Below are positions 23,671 through 36,221 of a DNA stretch of 64,000 nucleotides, piece by piece. This DNA is from Eledone cirrhosa (taxonomy: Eukaryota). The DNA is taken from positions 276,396,001 through 276,460,000 of the forward strand of contig OZ024743.1 of NCBI GenBank assembly GCA_964016885.1, read 5' to 3'. Numbering within the stretch: the first letter of the stretch is position 1; every line of letters starts with the position of its first letter. The translations under genes were made by a program, and so were the position numbers. The notes below the pieces were generated by a model. The model was not told the DNA's origin. It was given only the letters and a program-made list of their open reading frames with translations, and ran no database searches.

Positions 23671-23869
23671 TAATTTCGTATGCATGAATGAAAAGCATTC
23701 AACATCATCTACACAATGTTTACATGTCTAGAGAAAACTATTGTATATTTAATCACTTCCGAAGTGTGTATATTTAGCTACTCTGCTGTTTTGCTGTATT
23801 TAGAATCATAAGTTGGAGTTAACGACTGGTTTTCTAATCAATATTCTTAAGTACTGGTGCTATAAGTTT

Positions 23870-24215
23870 ATTATGAATTTATTGGTACTACACTATATAT
23901 ATATATATATAATATTGTTGCGAATTTATTGGTACGATAAGACTGTTGCGAATTTAATGGTACTATGGTATTGTTGCGAATTTGTTGGCACGATAAAGCT
24001 AATGCGTATTTATTGGTATAGCACGAGACTGTTGCGAATTTATTGGCGTGTGATAAGTTTGTCGCATATTCATTGGTACTATAAGATTGTTGCGAATTTA
24101 TTGTTGCAATGACATTTCTGTGAATTGATGGGTTCTACAAGAATGTTGCGAATTCACCGGCACTATAATATTGTTGCAAATTTATTGGTACTATAAGATT
24201 GTTGCGAATTCATTG
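23870..24215. repeat. 28-bp degenerate minisatellite (gattgttgcgaatttattggtactataa), ~12 units
   Basis: Direct inspection. Confidence 0.9.
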
Positions 24216-24292
24216 TTATTCCAATATTTTATAAATTCTAAATTCTAATCACATGACTGATATCTGATTTTGGGGGATCGAATAACTTCCTG

Positions 24293-24407
<115 letters not shown>

Positions 24408-24590
24408 GTATATACAGGGTGTCCTAAAAACACTTCAACAGTATTCTAATCAAAGTGTGTATAGATTTTTGGGGACACTCTGAATATATATATTAAAGAG
24501 TTAAACAAGATTCAATGAGTATATCAAAGAATGAGTTTTACAGTAGATTGGAAGCACTCTACTGAAAAAATTTTTTTTCCAGAGTTATTA

Positions 24591-24819
24591 ATATTAAAAT
24601 ACAAATATTAATAAAATAGATGTTCTTTTGATCAATTAAATTTTATTATACATATTTCAGAGGTACAACAGTACCTTGATTAAATCTTAACCATTTAACA
24701 TCTCAGAGTATGTTATGTATCATTATATTTTGTCTGATGAGGACGTACTGTTGTACCTCTGAAATATGTATAATAAAATTTAATTGATCAAAAGAACATC
24801 TATTTTATTAATATTTGTA

Positions 24820-24828
<9 letters not shown>
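24591..24828. repeat. 84-bp inverted repeat overlapping an HHR-like core (24734-24770, +)
   Basis: 24591-24674 is the reverse complement of 24745-24828; CUGAUGA ggac gtac tgtt gtac ctct GAAA tatGUA. Confidence 0.85.
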
Positions 24829-24898
<70 letters not shown>

Positions 24899-25309
24899 GT
24901 GTATACGCGCGCATATGTTTGTGTGTGTGAGTGAGAGTGATCCAATATGTTTTGTATGTCAAAATAAATATCATTCAGTATACTGAATATAAAGTTAATT
25001 CCTCATATAATATATATATTTTACAGTTTTACATGTTGCTATAAATTCCAAAGAGTCTAAAAAATGAAGAAATGAAGAAATGGATGATAGCTATCTATGT
25101 CAACAGAGAGATTTGTTTTAGGTGCAAAGGAAGTGCTCACTTCTATAAGATTCTATCTATAACTGTAAAAATGGATGCAAAGTACATGTGTGTATGGAAT
25201 ACTCAACCATTTATAATGTTTTTAAAAATGAATTTTGTTAATAAAAATAGATATTTTTCTTGATAAAATTACTAGATTAGTGCACGGGAATGTATTAATA
25301 TTCATAAAC

Positions 25310-25495
25310 AGAACTGCCAACATCTAAAAACCCAAACGGGGCGTACCATGAAAAAATGTATCCCACAACGGGAAGAAATGGGGCAAAATGGGGAGATTTT
25401 AAATAATGAAAGCTATACCGAAGAGAAGACATCTCTCACTCACCCCAAAGTGGGCGGGAGATCTCCCCGTCTGGCGGGGAGAGTTGACAGGTCTG
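25310..25495. mobile_element. CAGACCTGCCAAC-TIR MITE copy
   Basis: Homology to 21503-21657; flanks cataaa / cataga. Confidence 0.85.
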
Positions 25496-27435
25496 CATAG
25501 AATTATTAGTTCTATGAACGAGAAAAAAATAATTTGATTAAAAAAAAAAAAAGAAAAGTCGAAGCATTACGCTTACTGCGCTTTACTACACGTTGCGACG
25601 TTTTGAGGTGCGTTGCTACACGTTACTACACGTTGCTACACGTGCGGCGATTTGCTACAGTGTATTCCAACGTTTTGTGTGAAGAGGTTTGTTGCTTCGT
25701 AGAGTTTATGTATAGCCTTTAAAAAGAACTTACGTGTATAAAATCTTGTTAATTTACAGAATTCAAAGATTTTTAATTTGATTGCATGTGAAAATTATCT
25801 TTCACAGATTTTTATCTCATTCGTTATCTTAATATTTTTGTTACAGAAGTACATGGGAAAAATTGACTGAAACTCGGCGATCGCAGAGCAAAATATTATT
25901 TCAGTCACTTTCATGATATTAATGAATAAATATGGTAAATCGATATTTCTTAGAAAAATGATGGGGACATTTTATGCTGTACAACTGGGAAATTTTTATG
26001 AAAGTATAACAATAACGATATCAATAACGATATTAACGTCGAAACCAAAGGTTCATATTACACAAAAAAGGGGGATGGAAAAACTCTTGCGGAAAGCTTG
26101 CTAAGAATTTTTTTTAGTATAGTTAACAATTCCAAGGTTTCGGTAGAGGCATAACTAAAATGGTGGGGTGGGAAGTGAAGGCCGTTGTCACTCCGGATGC
26201 AGGTGTCAAAAGGCGTACAATATCCTTTGGTTTATTACAAAACAATGTTCTTCTTGAGCCTAAAGGCTCACCAGACTGGGGCTTATCACAGTTTTATGCG
26301 ATGTTAAGCTACCGAAGCCCGAAAGTCACTTCATGGGCGGGATACCAGTTCATCGCAACGTTAACTTCGGCGGCACTTGGAACTTATTTTGCTTTTATCT
26401 GAGTGGATTGGAGCAACTTGTAATGAGGTTTCTTTTTGCTCAAGGATACAACATGCTACCCGCTCTAGTGACCGGTCACTCTGACATACACTACCTATTA
26501 ATTTAAGTGGGAGCACCAAAGCTATCTTTGACTCCAGGAGATTGGAATTATTGCAACGCTACTGGGTTTCGGTATATTCTGTGTTACAACCGAGCTTTGT
26601 TGTAATATAAACAAACGTAAATTATACTGGACGGAATAATATGTGATCCAGGTTGGGCCTGAGTGAGTGACAGATGATTGTTCTTTATCCCCAAATCTGC
26701 TCCAATTGAATAAGACAACGACCAAAGTCGTTTCAGCTGTGACCATCACATCTTTTTTTTTTATATACTTAGGACTACGTTGTTCAATGTGTCTTTCTTT
26801 TTTTTAAGACAATACCTTGTGATTTGTGAGCGAGTTAGCTGCTATTTTAGCAGGTCAAGTGAACATGTAAAGGATTTTTCGTTGGGTCGAGTGAGAGTCG
26901 CTGTTCGACGAATGTTGATTTTATTGTTTAGTCCCCGAGCAGATCTATAATCAGAAGCACTCCACACATGGCCAACCCATCTTTTTCATACATGCAAGGA
27001 ACCCAGGGTCACATAATCAAACGTGTCTTTTTTCTAAGACGGACGTAATTTAAGAGGATTTGGTTGTCATTTCTACGAGTTCGAGTGACCACATTGAGAC
27101 CCTCTCCTTAACAATGTTCATGGCTTTGCACCTGGATAATTCTTCGGCAAGACTTAAACTTTAGAAAGGTGTTTTTCTAGGAATCGCCTATGCAATTCGT
27201 CTCTCTATATGCCATCAATGTTACCCAAAGGAAAGTCGCAGACCAACTCAATGGGCCGACAGAGATACCGCAAGTTATCACGTCTGATATTCTAACAATT
27301 CCACCAATACACCACACTGGACTACTACTTTATTTATCAACCCTGAAAAGCAAAGTTGATACCGGCAGAATTTGAACTCAGAACACAGGAAGACGGACAA
27401 ATACCGCGAAGATTTGAGATATTATTTGTAACATA

Positions 27436-27600
27436 CCGTATTTCCCGGCGTCGAAGACGCTACTTTTTTCCTGAAATAAGTCTCAAAAATGTACCATGCA
27501 TCCTGGAGACCGAAGGTTGATTATTTTTTTTCAAATTTTTGGTTGTCAAAATTAGGGTGCGTCCTCGAGGACGAAGCGTCTTCGGCGCCGGGAAATACAG
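27436..27600. mobile_element. Tc1/mariner (pogo/Tigger-like) MITE
   Basis: TIR ccgtatttcccggcgtcgaagacgc / gcgtcttcggcgccgggaaatacag with TA TSD. Confidence 0.85.
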
Positions 27601-27782
27601 TAATTAAAAAAAAATATTCTTATATAAAATTATGTTGGAAGATTTTAATTTAAATCTGAACCTTTTAAATTTAGTGGCTTTTTCGCATAGAACCAAAGGT
27701 AATTTTGGGTGGATTGGTTTTAAAAGGGTTAAAGACGGAGCTACTAATAGCTCGAAAAATTATAATTTCATTAATAACATCT

Positions 27783-27978
27783 TAGACCTGCCAAACTCTA
27801 AAAGTCTAAACGAGAAGCACCATGAAAAGAAGTCCCCCTAGATGGGGAGAAATGAGGCAAAATGGGGAGATTTTTACATAATGAAAGCTATACCCATTTT
27901 CACAAAAGAAGACATCTCTCACCCACCCCAAAGTGGGTGGGAGATTTCCCCGTCCGACGGGGAGAGCTGACAGGTCTG
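27783..27978. mobile_element. CAGACCTGCCAAC-TIR MITE copy
   Basis: Homology to the other copies. Confidence 0.85.
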
Positions 27979-28258
27979 AATTTATGTCAGACATTCAGGT
28001 ATATGTATTCCTTTTTACAGTTTAATCGGAAAAGTAATGGCAGTCCATGATATTTTTCAGCAGCACCGAAACTGGTTGTAGTGGTAGGGTGGGATGGGTT
28101 GATTGAGAAAGTATTAAATTCATTTCATTTTCTTTGGAAGTCATCACTTCCATTCAGATACATTTAATTTTCATTACGAGACAGGTGTTTCACGCCACAA
28201 ACATCGTTTTGCTGTGAGACCGTAGTTGCTTTAATCCGGCATTTGCATGAAATATATA

Positions 28259-28474
28259 CACTTGACTAGGCTGAAAGGTTCATAGGCTGACTATGAAGAA
28301 GTGATGTTAGTGCTGTGAAATCAGGCAGGCATTAATTTCAACTCTTCTTATTAATAACTGCACTGTTTCTTTCCGGGGACTATGTTGAAAAATGAACCGC
28401 ATTTGGTCATTTCATGAGAGTATCTTGGTCAGCCAATTATCTTTTTAACCTATGAACTTTTCAGTAGACCTTCG
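28259..28474. mobile_element. mariner-type MITE (same family as 57563-57900, opposite orientation)
   Basis: TIR ggctgaaaggttcataggctgac / cctatgaacttttcag; TA flanks. Confidence 0.8.
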
Positions 28475-28871
28475 TATATATACGTCCGGTCAGTCATGAA
28501 AGGTTAAATACGTATGCTGTGATGTGAAAGATATTTGGTTGCTATTTCTAGCCCGCTCAGTGACTGTGTAGAAGCCCCCTCCCCATCCTCGTTGACTTCA
28601 TGCATAGTTTATTGGAAATACAGAGGAAACATTATCAGAAGGATATCACTGTTTGCGATAAACCATTTTAATCGTACCACTTCATACACAAATTCCGTTA
28701 AGTATGTCGACATATATATTTATATGAATGCATAATTATGTATATATGAATATTTATATATATGCATATGTATATGTATATGTTTATGTATGTATGTATG
28801 CATGTATGTATATATATATATAGATATATATGCATATATATGTGTGTGTGTATTGTATGTATACATATATA

Positions 28872-28964
<93 letters not shown>

Positions 28965-29394
28965 ATGTGTGTGTACACAGACACAGACACAGACACAGAC
29001 ACAGACACAGACACAGACAGACACACACACACACACACACTCACACACACTACACACACATATACATGTATTCGTCTGAATTTCTATATGTAAAGTCGAT
29101 CAATGTACGTATATGCTAATAAAGCAACATAGCTATTTCTGCCGTCGTTTGATTTTTAAATGTTATGTTTAATATATTGCTTTATTCAATTTACTTTTCA
29201 TTGATCAACAAAAGGCTTCAGATCTCCAAGAATAAGAGCAATTCATGGAAAGCACTTGATGCTACGAGATGGTGAAAAATGTATTTGTATATAGTGTGTC
29301 ATGGTACTCATATTTATGAAGCAATAAAGATTATATATATGTATATACAACACAAACACAGACCAATCTCAGACAGTCAGACGGGCATACAGAT

Positions 29395-29990
29395 TGATAG
29401 ACACAAGAAACATAAGCAGATATATACACATAGGCCTACAGATGCACACACACACAAACAGATATACATACATACGCCTACAGATGCACATACACACAAA
29501 CAGATATATACACATAGGCCTACAGATGCACACACACACAAACAGATATATACACATAGGTCTACAGATGCACACACACACATAGGCCTACAGATGCACA
29601 CACCTACAAACAGATATACACACATACGCCTACAGATGCACACACACACAAACAGGTATACACACATACGCCTACAGATGCACACACACACAAACAGATA
29701 TACACACATACGCCTACAGATGCACACACACACAAACAGGTATACACACATACGCCTACAGATGCACACACACACAAACAGATATACACACATACGCCTA
29801 CAGATGCATACACACACAAACAGATATACACATATACGCCTACAGATGCACACACAAACAGATATACACACATAGTCTACAGATGCACACACACACAAAC
29901 AGATATACACACATACGCCTACAGATGTACACACACACAAACAGATATACACACATACGCTTACAGATGCACACACACACAAACACAAAC
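29395..29990. repeat. ~42-bp minisatellite (acagatatacacacatacgcctacagatgcacacacacacaa), ~14 units
   Basis: Direct inspection. Confidence 0.92.
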
Positions 29991-30101
29991 ACATATGTAC
30001 ATGTATATATGTGTATGTGTGTGCGTAGTTTGTCAGCGTATCATTGAATTCGTATGCATATGCATATATATATATCTAATGTATTCATTTGCATATAGCT
30101 A

Positions 30102-30144
<43 letters not shown>

Positions 30145-30148
<4 letters not shown>

Positions 30149-30518
30149 TTCAAATACCACTTTGGAAGAAGAATCAGGATGGAGAGAGAGGTGCTGTACC
30201 CCAGCAAGTTTTATGAAAGGTGGGTGAAAGTGGCGAGAATGGCCCGAGTGAATGGGCCTTCTCTCTATATCAGCCTGTAGGTTGAGGAAAAGGAGGAGGA
30301 GAGGAAAGGAGTACAAGCTCTTCGTACTCCTGGAGATGAGGGTTGCACATTTTTTTCGGGGGTCTGTGTTACCCATATAAACTGTCTCCCTCTATTGGGG
30401 AAAATCGACTAACTTTTAAATTCCATCTGTGATAACATTTTACACGTTTTTATTGTATGTAAACTTCCCCCTTTGTATTTGTCCCCTTCTTTTGTGCCCC
30501 TGTGGCTAATAAAGAAAT
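30145..30518 (+). mobile_element. Tx1 LINE 3'-end fragment 1, within (TATC)n
   Basis: Nearly identical to 35345-35718. Confidence 0.92.
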
Positions 30519-30519
30519 A

Positions 30520-30551
<32 letters not shown>

Positions 30552-30552
<1 letters not shown>

Positions 30553-30908
30553 GGAAGAAGAATCAGGATGGAGAGAGAGGTGCTGTACCCCAGCAAGTTT
30601 TATGAAAGGTGGGTGAAAGTGGCGAGAATGGCCCGAGTGAATGGGCCTTCTCTCTATATCAGCCTGTAGATTGAGGAAAAGGAGGAGGAGAGGAAAGGAG
30701 TACAAGCTCTTCGTACTCCTGGAGATGAGGGTTGCACATTTTTTTCGGGGGTATGTGTTACCCATATAAACTGTCTCCCTCTATTGGGGAAAATCGACTA
30801 ACTTTTAAATTCCATCTGTGATAACATTTTACACGTTTTTATTGTATGTAAACTTCCCCCTTTGTATTTGTCCCCTTCTTTTGTGCCTCTGTGGCTAATA
30901 AAGAAATA
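30552..30908 (+). mobile_element. Tx1 LINE 3'-end fragment 2, within (TATC)n
   Basis: Nearly identical to 35365-35718. Confidence 0.92.
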
Positions 30909-30920
30909 TATCTATCTATC

Positions 30921-32280
30921 TTAGTTTTTAGGACAGTTTCCAATTCTACCCGAAAACCAGTCCAATTGTCACAGAAAGAAATTGAAGTGGTTTTCAAAAA
31001 TTCAATGAATGATACTGCATTCATTCAAAGAAGAAAACTTTTTGGGAGTATTTCGGTACTCATGAAGGATCAATTGACGGCCCAAAATTACTCTGTGTCG
31101 CCAATTGTATCCAACCTGTACACCTTTTTCCCTACATACATGGGAAAAAGGACACAAAAGATTAAAATCACGAGTGTCACACCAAAGGTGAACATATGGT
31201 GGATACTGTGCGGCTTCATCAATTTTGATGAAGACAGAATACTGTCAGTAGGAAAGTCCCCCAGAGATGTATTCAATGGGACTAGCATTGAAGTTCTGGT
31301 GCAAATGATCCCAGAGCGAATAGCTATGATCCCACAGCGTGTACTCCTGGACGGACTCACCTACATAAACTTTTCGGTTGAGGGTAGGCGGCCTTCATGT
31401 TACCATTGCTTTAGCAGGGGTCACCTGAGGGCTTCCTGTCCTAAATTAATGAGTAAAATAAAGGCTCTTCTGCCGACACCCATCAAAACAACACAACCAC
31501 CAACACCACCACCACAACAACAACACCAACACACAAAAATAACCACAACAAACACAGTCCCACCCAACCCCACTCCACCTAAAACCACTGCAAAATCACA
31601 TACAGACACAACAGCTCCCCAAGACATACCCCTTCCCAATCACACAGACGATACAACAGATGAGGCTATCTCGCCATCACCCAGTGAAGACGAGGGAGAA
31701 CCCCATCGCTCGAAAAGAAAGAAAAGACATCACAAAAGCAAAAAACCAGCAAACACTACCACAAACATACAACCACCAACACAAACAACAAAAACATCAC
31801 AAACAAAACCCCCACCTCCTGAAAACAAAATACCTACAACAAAACGAAAGCACACACAAGAACTACAGACAAAAACAAACACAACACAAGAAAATTACAC
31901 TTACACTTACATAAACACTGAAAACAAAACACTAATGGAGACCATCACGAACGACTCTTCGGTGAAAACCGAAGGGAAAACTTTCGCCCACTCTATTAAA
32001 AATAACAAAAACTGAACCTAAAAATATTAGGGTCCCTATAACAACTTATAGGTCCCTAAAAGAAACATTTGAAAAAGATGTGGGGAATTCCTGCGTGAAA
32101 CCACTTAACCGCGTCCTTCTCAAATGTCTCCCCACCCCAGACACCCCCATCCCACCAGACCCCACCCCACCAAACATCTACGTCCCCACCCCGCCGGAAG
32201 CCACCACCCACCCCTCCAACCCCTCCAACACCCCCATGGAAATCGTGCAGCCTGGTCCCCAGGAGACGAAGGGTGAGTGA
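30921..32280 (+). pseudogene. Tx1 ORF1 (gag-like, zinc knuckle), interrupted near 32015
   Basis: ORFs 30891-32015 and 32080-32280; C-terminal part homologous to 10524-11105. Confidence 0.8.
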
Positions 32281-32313
32281 TCTCTTTTCCTCTTTTAACT
32301 TTTCAGCACCAAC

Positions 32314-35300
32314 ATGGCCAATATAAGAGTTGGATGTGTGAACGTACGCGGCCTGGGGATGCCCTGGAAACAGGGCAAACTCTTAAACGGCCTCAGGTCG
32401 CACAGTATGGATGTGGTAGCCATTTGCGAGTCCAGGATCCACAGCGAGCGACAGCTGCCCCCCATCTTCGATGACTTTGAGATCTACGCATCTCTCTGTC
32501 AACCGGGGGGTGGGGGCGGAGTTGCCGTTTTGCTGCGGAAACACCTGGGCCTCGTAACACAGACGGTACATCTGGACCCGGAAGGTCGACTGGTGGTCCT
32601 AGACGTTGACGGTAGTGAAGGTGGAGCCTTCAGGCTGGTGGCTGCATATGCCCCACCCGGGACACCGCGGCCAGACTTCTTCAAACGTCTAGAGACTTTT
32701 CTGGGAACGGCCCGCTCCTTACTTTTAGTGGGGGACTGGAATGGAATCCTAGATACACGTTGGGACTATGTGGGAGCATGTCCCGATAAAGGGGGGTGTA
32801 ACAGCCTCAAACAGTTAATCGACCGATTTGACCTGGCCGATAGATATCGACTAGATTTTCCGACTGTGCCACTGTGGACGTGGACTTATCTCACGCGGAA
32901 CATCTAGATCGTACCTAGATAGGGTTCTAGTTAGAAATAAGGATAAGGACATGTTAAGCTGTCCACAAATGTTCATGGTTGCCTATTCAGATCACAAACT
33001 AGTGACCTGCATGGCCAACCTTGATAGAACCCATAGACAAGGACCCGGCTACTGGAAGCTGAACTTGTTGTTACCGACAATCAAAGCCTACAGTAGACAG
33101 ATTAGCACGAGGGCTGCGTTGTCAGAAGCAAAATACGTGCTCTGGGAAACGAGGGAGCCAAAGCTGTTAGCTGGGCCCGAGTGACGGAGGCAAAAAATGG
33201 CAACAAGTCCACGATTCGGTCTTTGAAGGACCAAAACGGACGCGTGATACGTGAGCCGAAGCAGATGTGTGCGGCCTTTCAGCGGCACTTTGCTCAACTG
33301 TTCGGGCGGCGCGGCGCGCCGGGAGGGGCTATGGATTTCGGTCCATACCTCGACGGCCTACCGCGACTCTCGGACAGCGAGGCAAAGTTCTGCGAAAAGT
33401 CGATTTCAGCCGCTGAGATAGGGGACGCGCTGAGCCAATGCGGCAAACGCATATCTCCAGGTCTCGACGGTCTACCCTACGAATTTTACGTAGCAATGCC
33501 GGACTTGTTCTCCGATCTCCTGGAAGTGGTCTACTGCAACTGGCAGCAGAACGGGAGAATTCCCAGTTCTGTGACCAAGGGCGTAATCACACTAATCAGG
33601 AAAGACGAGAATAAGGGGGATGACATAGGCAACTTCCGGCCCATAACTCTGCTAAACACAGAGTTACAGATTTTGGCCAAGGTGTTGGCAAAGAGGCTGG
33701 CGCTTGTCGTCGAGAACCTGGTGGGAGAAGCGCAGACATGCGCAATCCCGACCAGGTCCATACACGACAACCTCCACCTCATGCGATACATCATAGAGGT
33801 GGGGCCCTGATCAACTTGGATCAGTCTAAGGCTTTCGATAGGGTTGACCATCGTTACCTGGATGCGGTGTTCGAGGCGGTAGGCTTCGGATCCGTGTTCA
33901 GGGGCTGGATTGCTGCGATGCACAACAGCAACATCTGCTCAAGTGTCAAGGTGAACGGCTACCTCTCGGAGCCGTTCCATATTACGCGATCCATTCGACA
34001 GCGATGCCCTCTCTCCTCCCTTCTGTACGTACTGACTCTCGAGCCACTACTGCGGAAGTTGGAGCTATTGCAGGACATCCCTCTGGAACCGGGACTGCGG
34101 AAAGCGGCGTCGACGTTACAGTAATGGTGTCGAGCGCCTCGCAAATCGAGGCAGTCGGCACCTTACTGAAGGAATACGAAAGTTTCACAGGAGCGAAGCT
34201 GAACCGGGACAAGTCCATCGGTTTGCAACTCGGATCGTGGAGAGGCAAACCGATGCCTCCCGATGGCGTCGTCGGACGCTGGACGGAATGACCGGTAAAG
34301 CTGCTCGGGGTCTGGTTTGGTCCGGACCTCCAGGTGAAGAACTGGAACGAAGTGACGGCCAAGATGTTTGCACTCACCCAGAAGTGGGCCGAGTGCAAAC
34401 TATCCTTGAAAGGTCGAGTGGAGGTGGCGAACACTTTTATAGCGTCCGCCATCTACTACCGCTTGACCGTCGTGCCTTGTCCAGCCAAAACGCTCGCCAA
34501 AATGGAGTGCGCGCTCTTCCAATTCCTTTGGAAGAGGCGGGCTCCTTTGGTGAGAAGATCCATCTGCTGCCAACACCCTTCTAACGGAGGCCTGGGGCTG
34601 CCGTGGTTGACGATGCGCAAACACGCGCTCAGGCTGCGGCATCTCTACGTATTCCTCACCGGACAACCGGTGTGGGCTCCGTTCGTGAGGCGAGCCTTCC
34701 CACGACTCGTCTAGCTGACCGAGCTGCAGTCCTGGGTCAAGCAAAGACCGAGGAAAATGGGTGACTGGCACATCGAATGTGCTCAGGCGCTCACAGCCCT
34801 CTGGCAGGCGGACCCGGCGATCAGTGGAGACTCCACTTCGTCATTCTATAGAGGGTTGATCCGCAGCAAGTGCGACGACGCGCTCGGTGAAACTCTAGGC
34901 GTAGAGGAAGATGAACTGGCCAGTCTGTTCGGTAGGACCTTCCGCCCGTGACCGATGGACAACTTCCAAAAGCCCCTGGCCTGGCAGTGCTACCGAGGAC
35001 CTCTATCAGTTCCAGACAAGCTCTACAGACATGGGCGCCCGGGCAGGGACCATGCAAAAAAGATCTGTCCGAGGTGCGTGCGTAACGAAGAAACCGTCGC
35101 GCACGCATTCATACACTGCCCGGGCGTCACTGACCTGTGGGGCTATGTAGAACGACTATTGTCGCGGGTGGGACCAATCCGGTTGACCACCGAGTCCATT
35201 GTCATGATCAAACCGCCACCCTCCTTCAAAAACGAAGGAGAGGTGGTTTTCCTTTGTGTGATAGCTATGGCGAAAGAGGTTGTATGGTGGACAGGTTGAA

Positions 35301-35481
35301 AGAGCTGAGGTCAGACACCTTTCTCTCCGGCCAACAACTGATTCTTTTTTTAGAATACCACGTTGGAAGAAGAATCAGGATGGAGAGAGAGGTGCTGTAC
35401 CCCAGCAAGTTTTATGAAAGGTGGGTGAAAGTGGCGAGAATGGCCCGAGTGAATGGGCCTTCTCTCTATATCAGCCTGTAG
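32314..35481 (+). pseudogene. Tx1 ORF2 with frameshifts, stops and deletions (YADD lost)
   Basis: Fragments 32314-32907, 32951-33184, 33181-33810, 33738-34124, 34334-34714, 34955-35299; alignment by eye to copy 1. Confidence 0.9.
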
Positions 35482-35719
35482 GTTGAGGAAAAGGAGGAGG
35501 AGAGGAAAGGAGTACAAACTCTTCGTACTCTTGGAGATGAGGGTTTCACATTTTTTCGGGGGTATGTATTACCCATATAAACTGTCTCCCCTATTGGGGA
35601 AAATCGACTAATTTTTTAAATTGCATTTGTGATAACATTTTACACGTTTTTATTGTATGTAAACTTCCCCCTTTGTATTTGTCCCCTTCTTTTGTGCTCC
35701 TGTGGCTAATAAAGAAACA

Positions 35720-35771
<52 letters not shown>

Positions 35772-35967
35772 AACACACGCACTCACATATACACATAGAC
35801 ACAAAGACATACATATACATGAATGTATGTATATACACTCTTAGACACAGAGATGTGAGTAAGGTTTCGCATTTGCTTACATATACATTGAAGTACTCAA
35901 TATATAACAATGGAAATGGACGAAGTTTCATATGTTCTGTGTATGTATGTATATATATATATACAAG

Positions 35968-36003
<36 letters not shown>

Positions 36004-36165
36004 CAGACAATACTTGAAAATAAGTACTCAATACCTGGATAGAGATTAATAGTTTATTAAGGCTGATTCAGTATTTTTGTTACACCGGAATCTTTCCTAC
36101 GTAATACAGGCCTCTAAGACTGTATAACATATTCATGTACCCCCATATATATTGCATATATGTAC

Positions 36166-36196
<31 letters not shown>

Positions 36197-36221
36197 TGTA
36201 TGTATGTATGTATGTATGCAT

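Larger units (their letters stand above)
30921..35718 (+). mobile_element. Tx1-clade LINE, near full-length, decayed; followed by (TATC)n
   Basis: ORF1 with CCHC knuckle CYHCFSRGHLRASC and P/T-rich region; ORF2 from 32314 (MANIRVGCVNVRGL) with APE, RT, CPRC...H...C; 3' UTR ending ggctaataaagaaa. Confidence 0.95.

Noticed and set aside
23870-24215. 28-bp repeats resembling a CRISPR array
   Set aside because: No unique spacers, degenerate contiguous units, eukaryotic context, no cas genes
32273-32313. GT...pyrimidine tract...AG in the Tx1 ORF1-ORF2 spacer (also 11103-11132)
   Set aside because: Only 30-34 nt, too short for a typical intron, and splicing would not fuse ORF1 to ORF2 in frame in either copy
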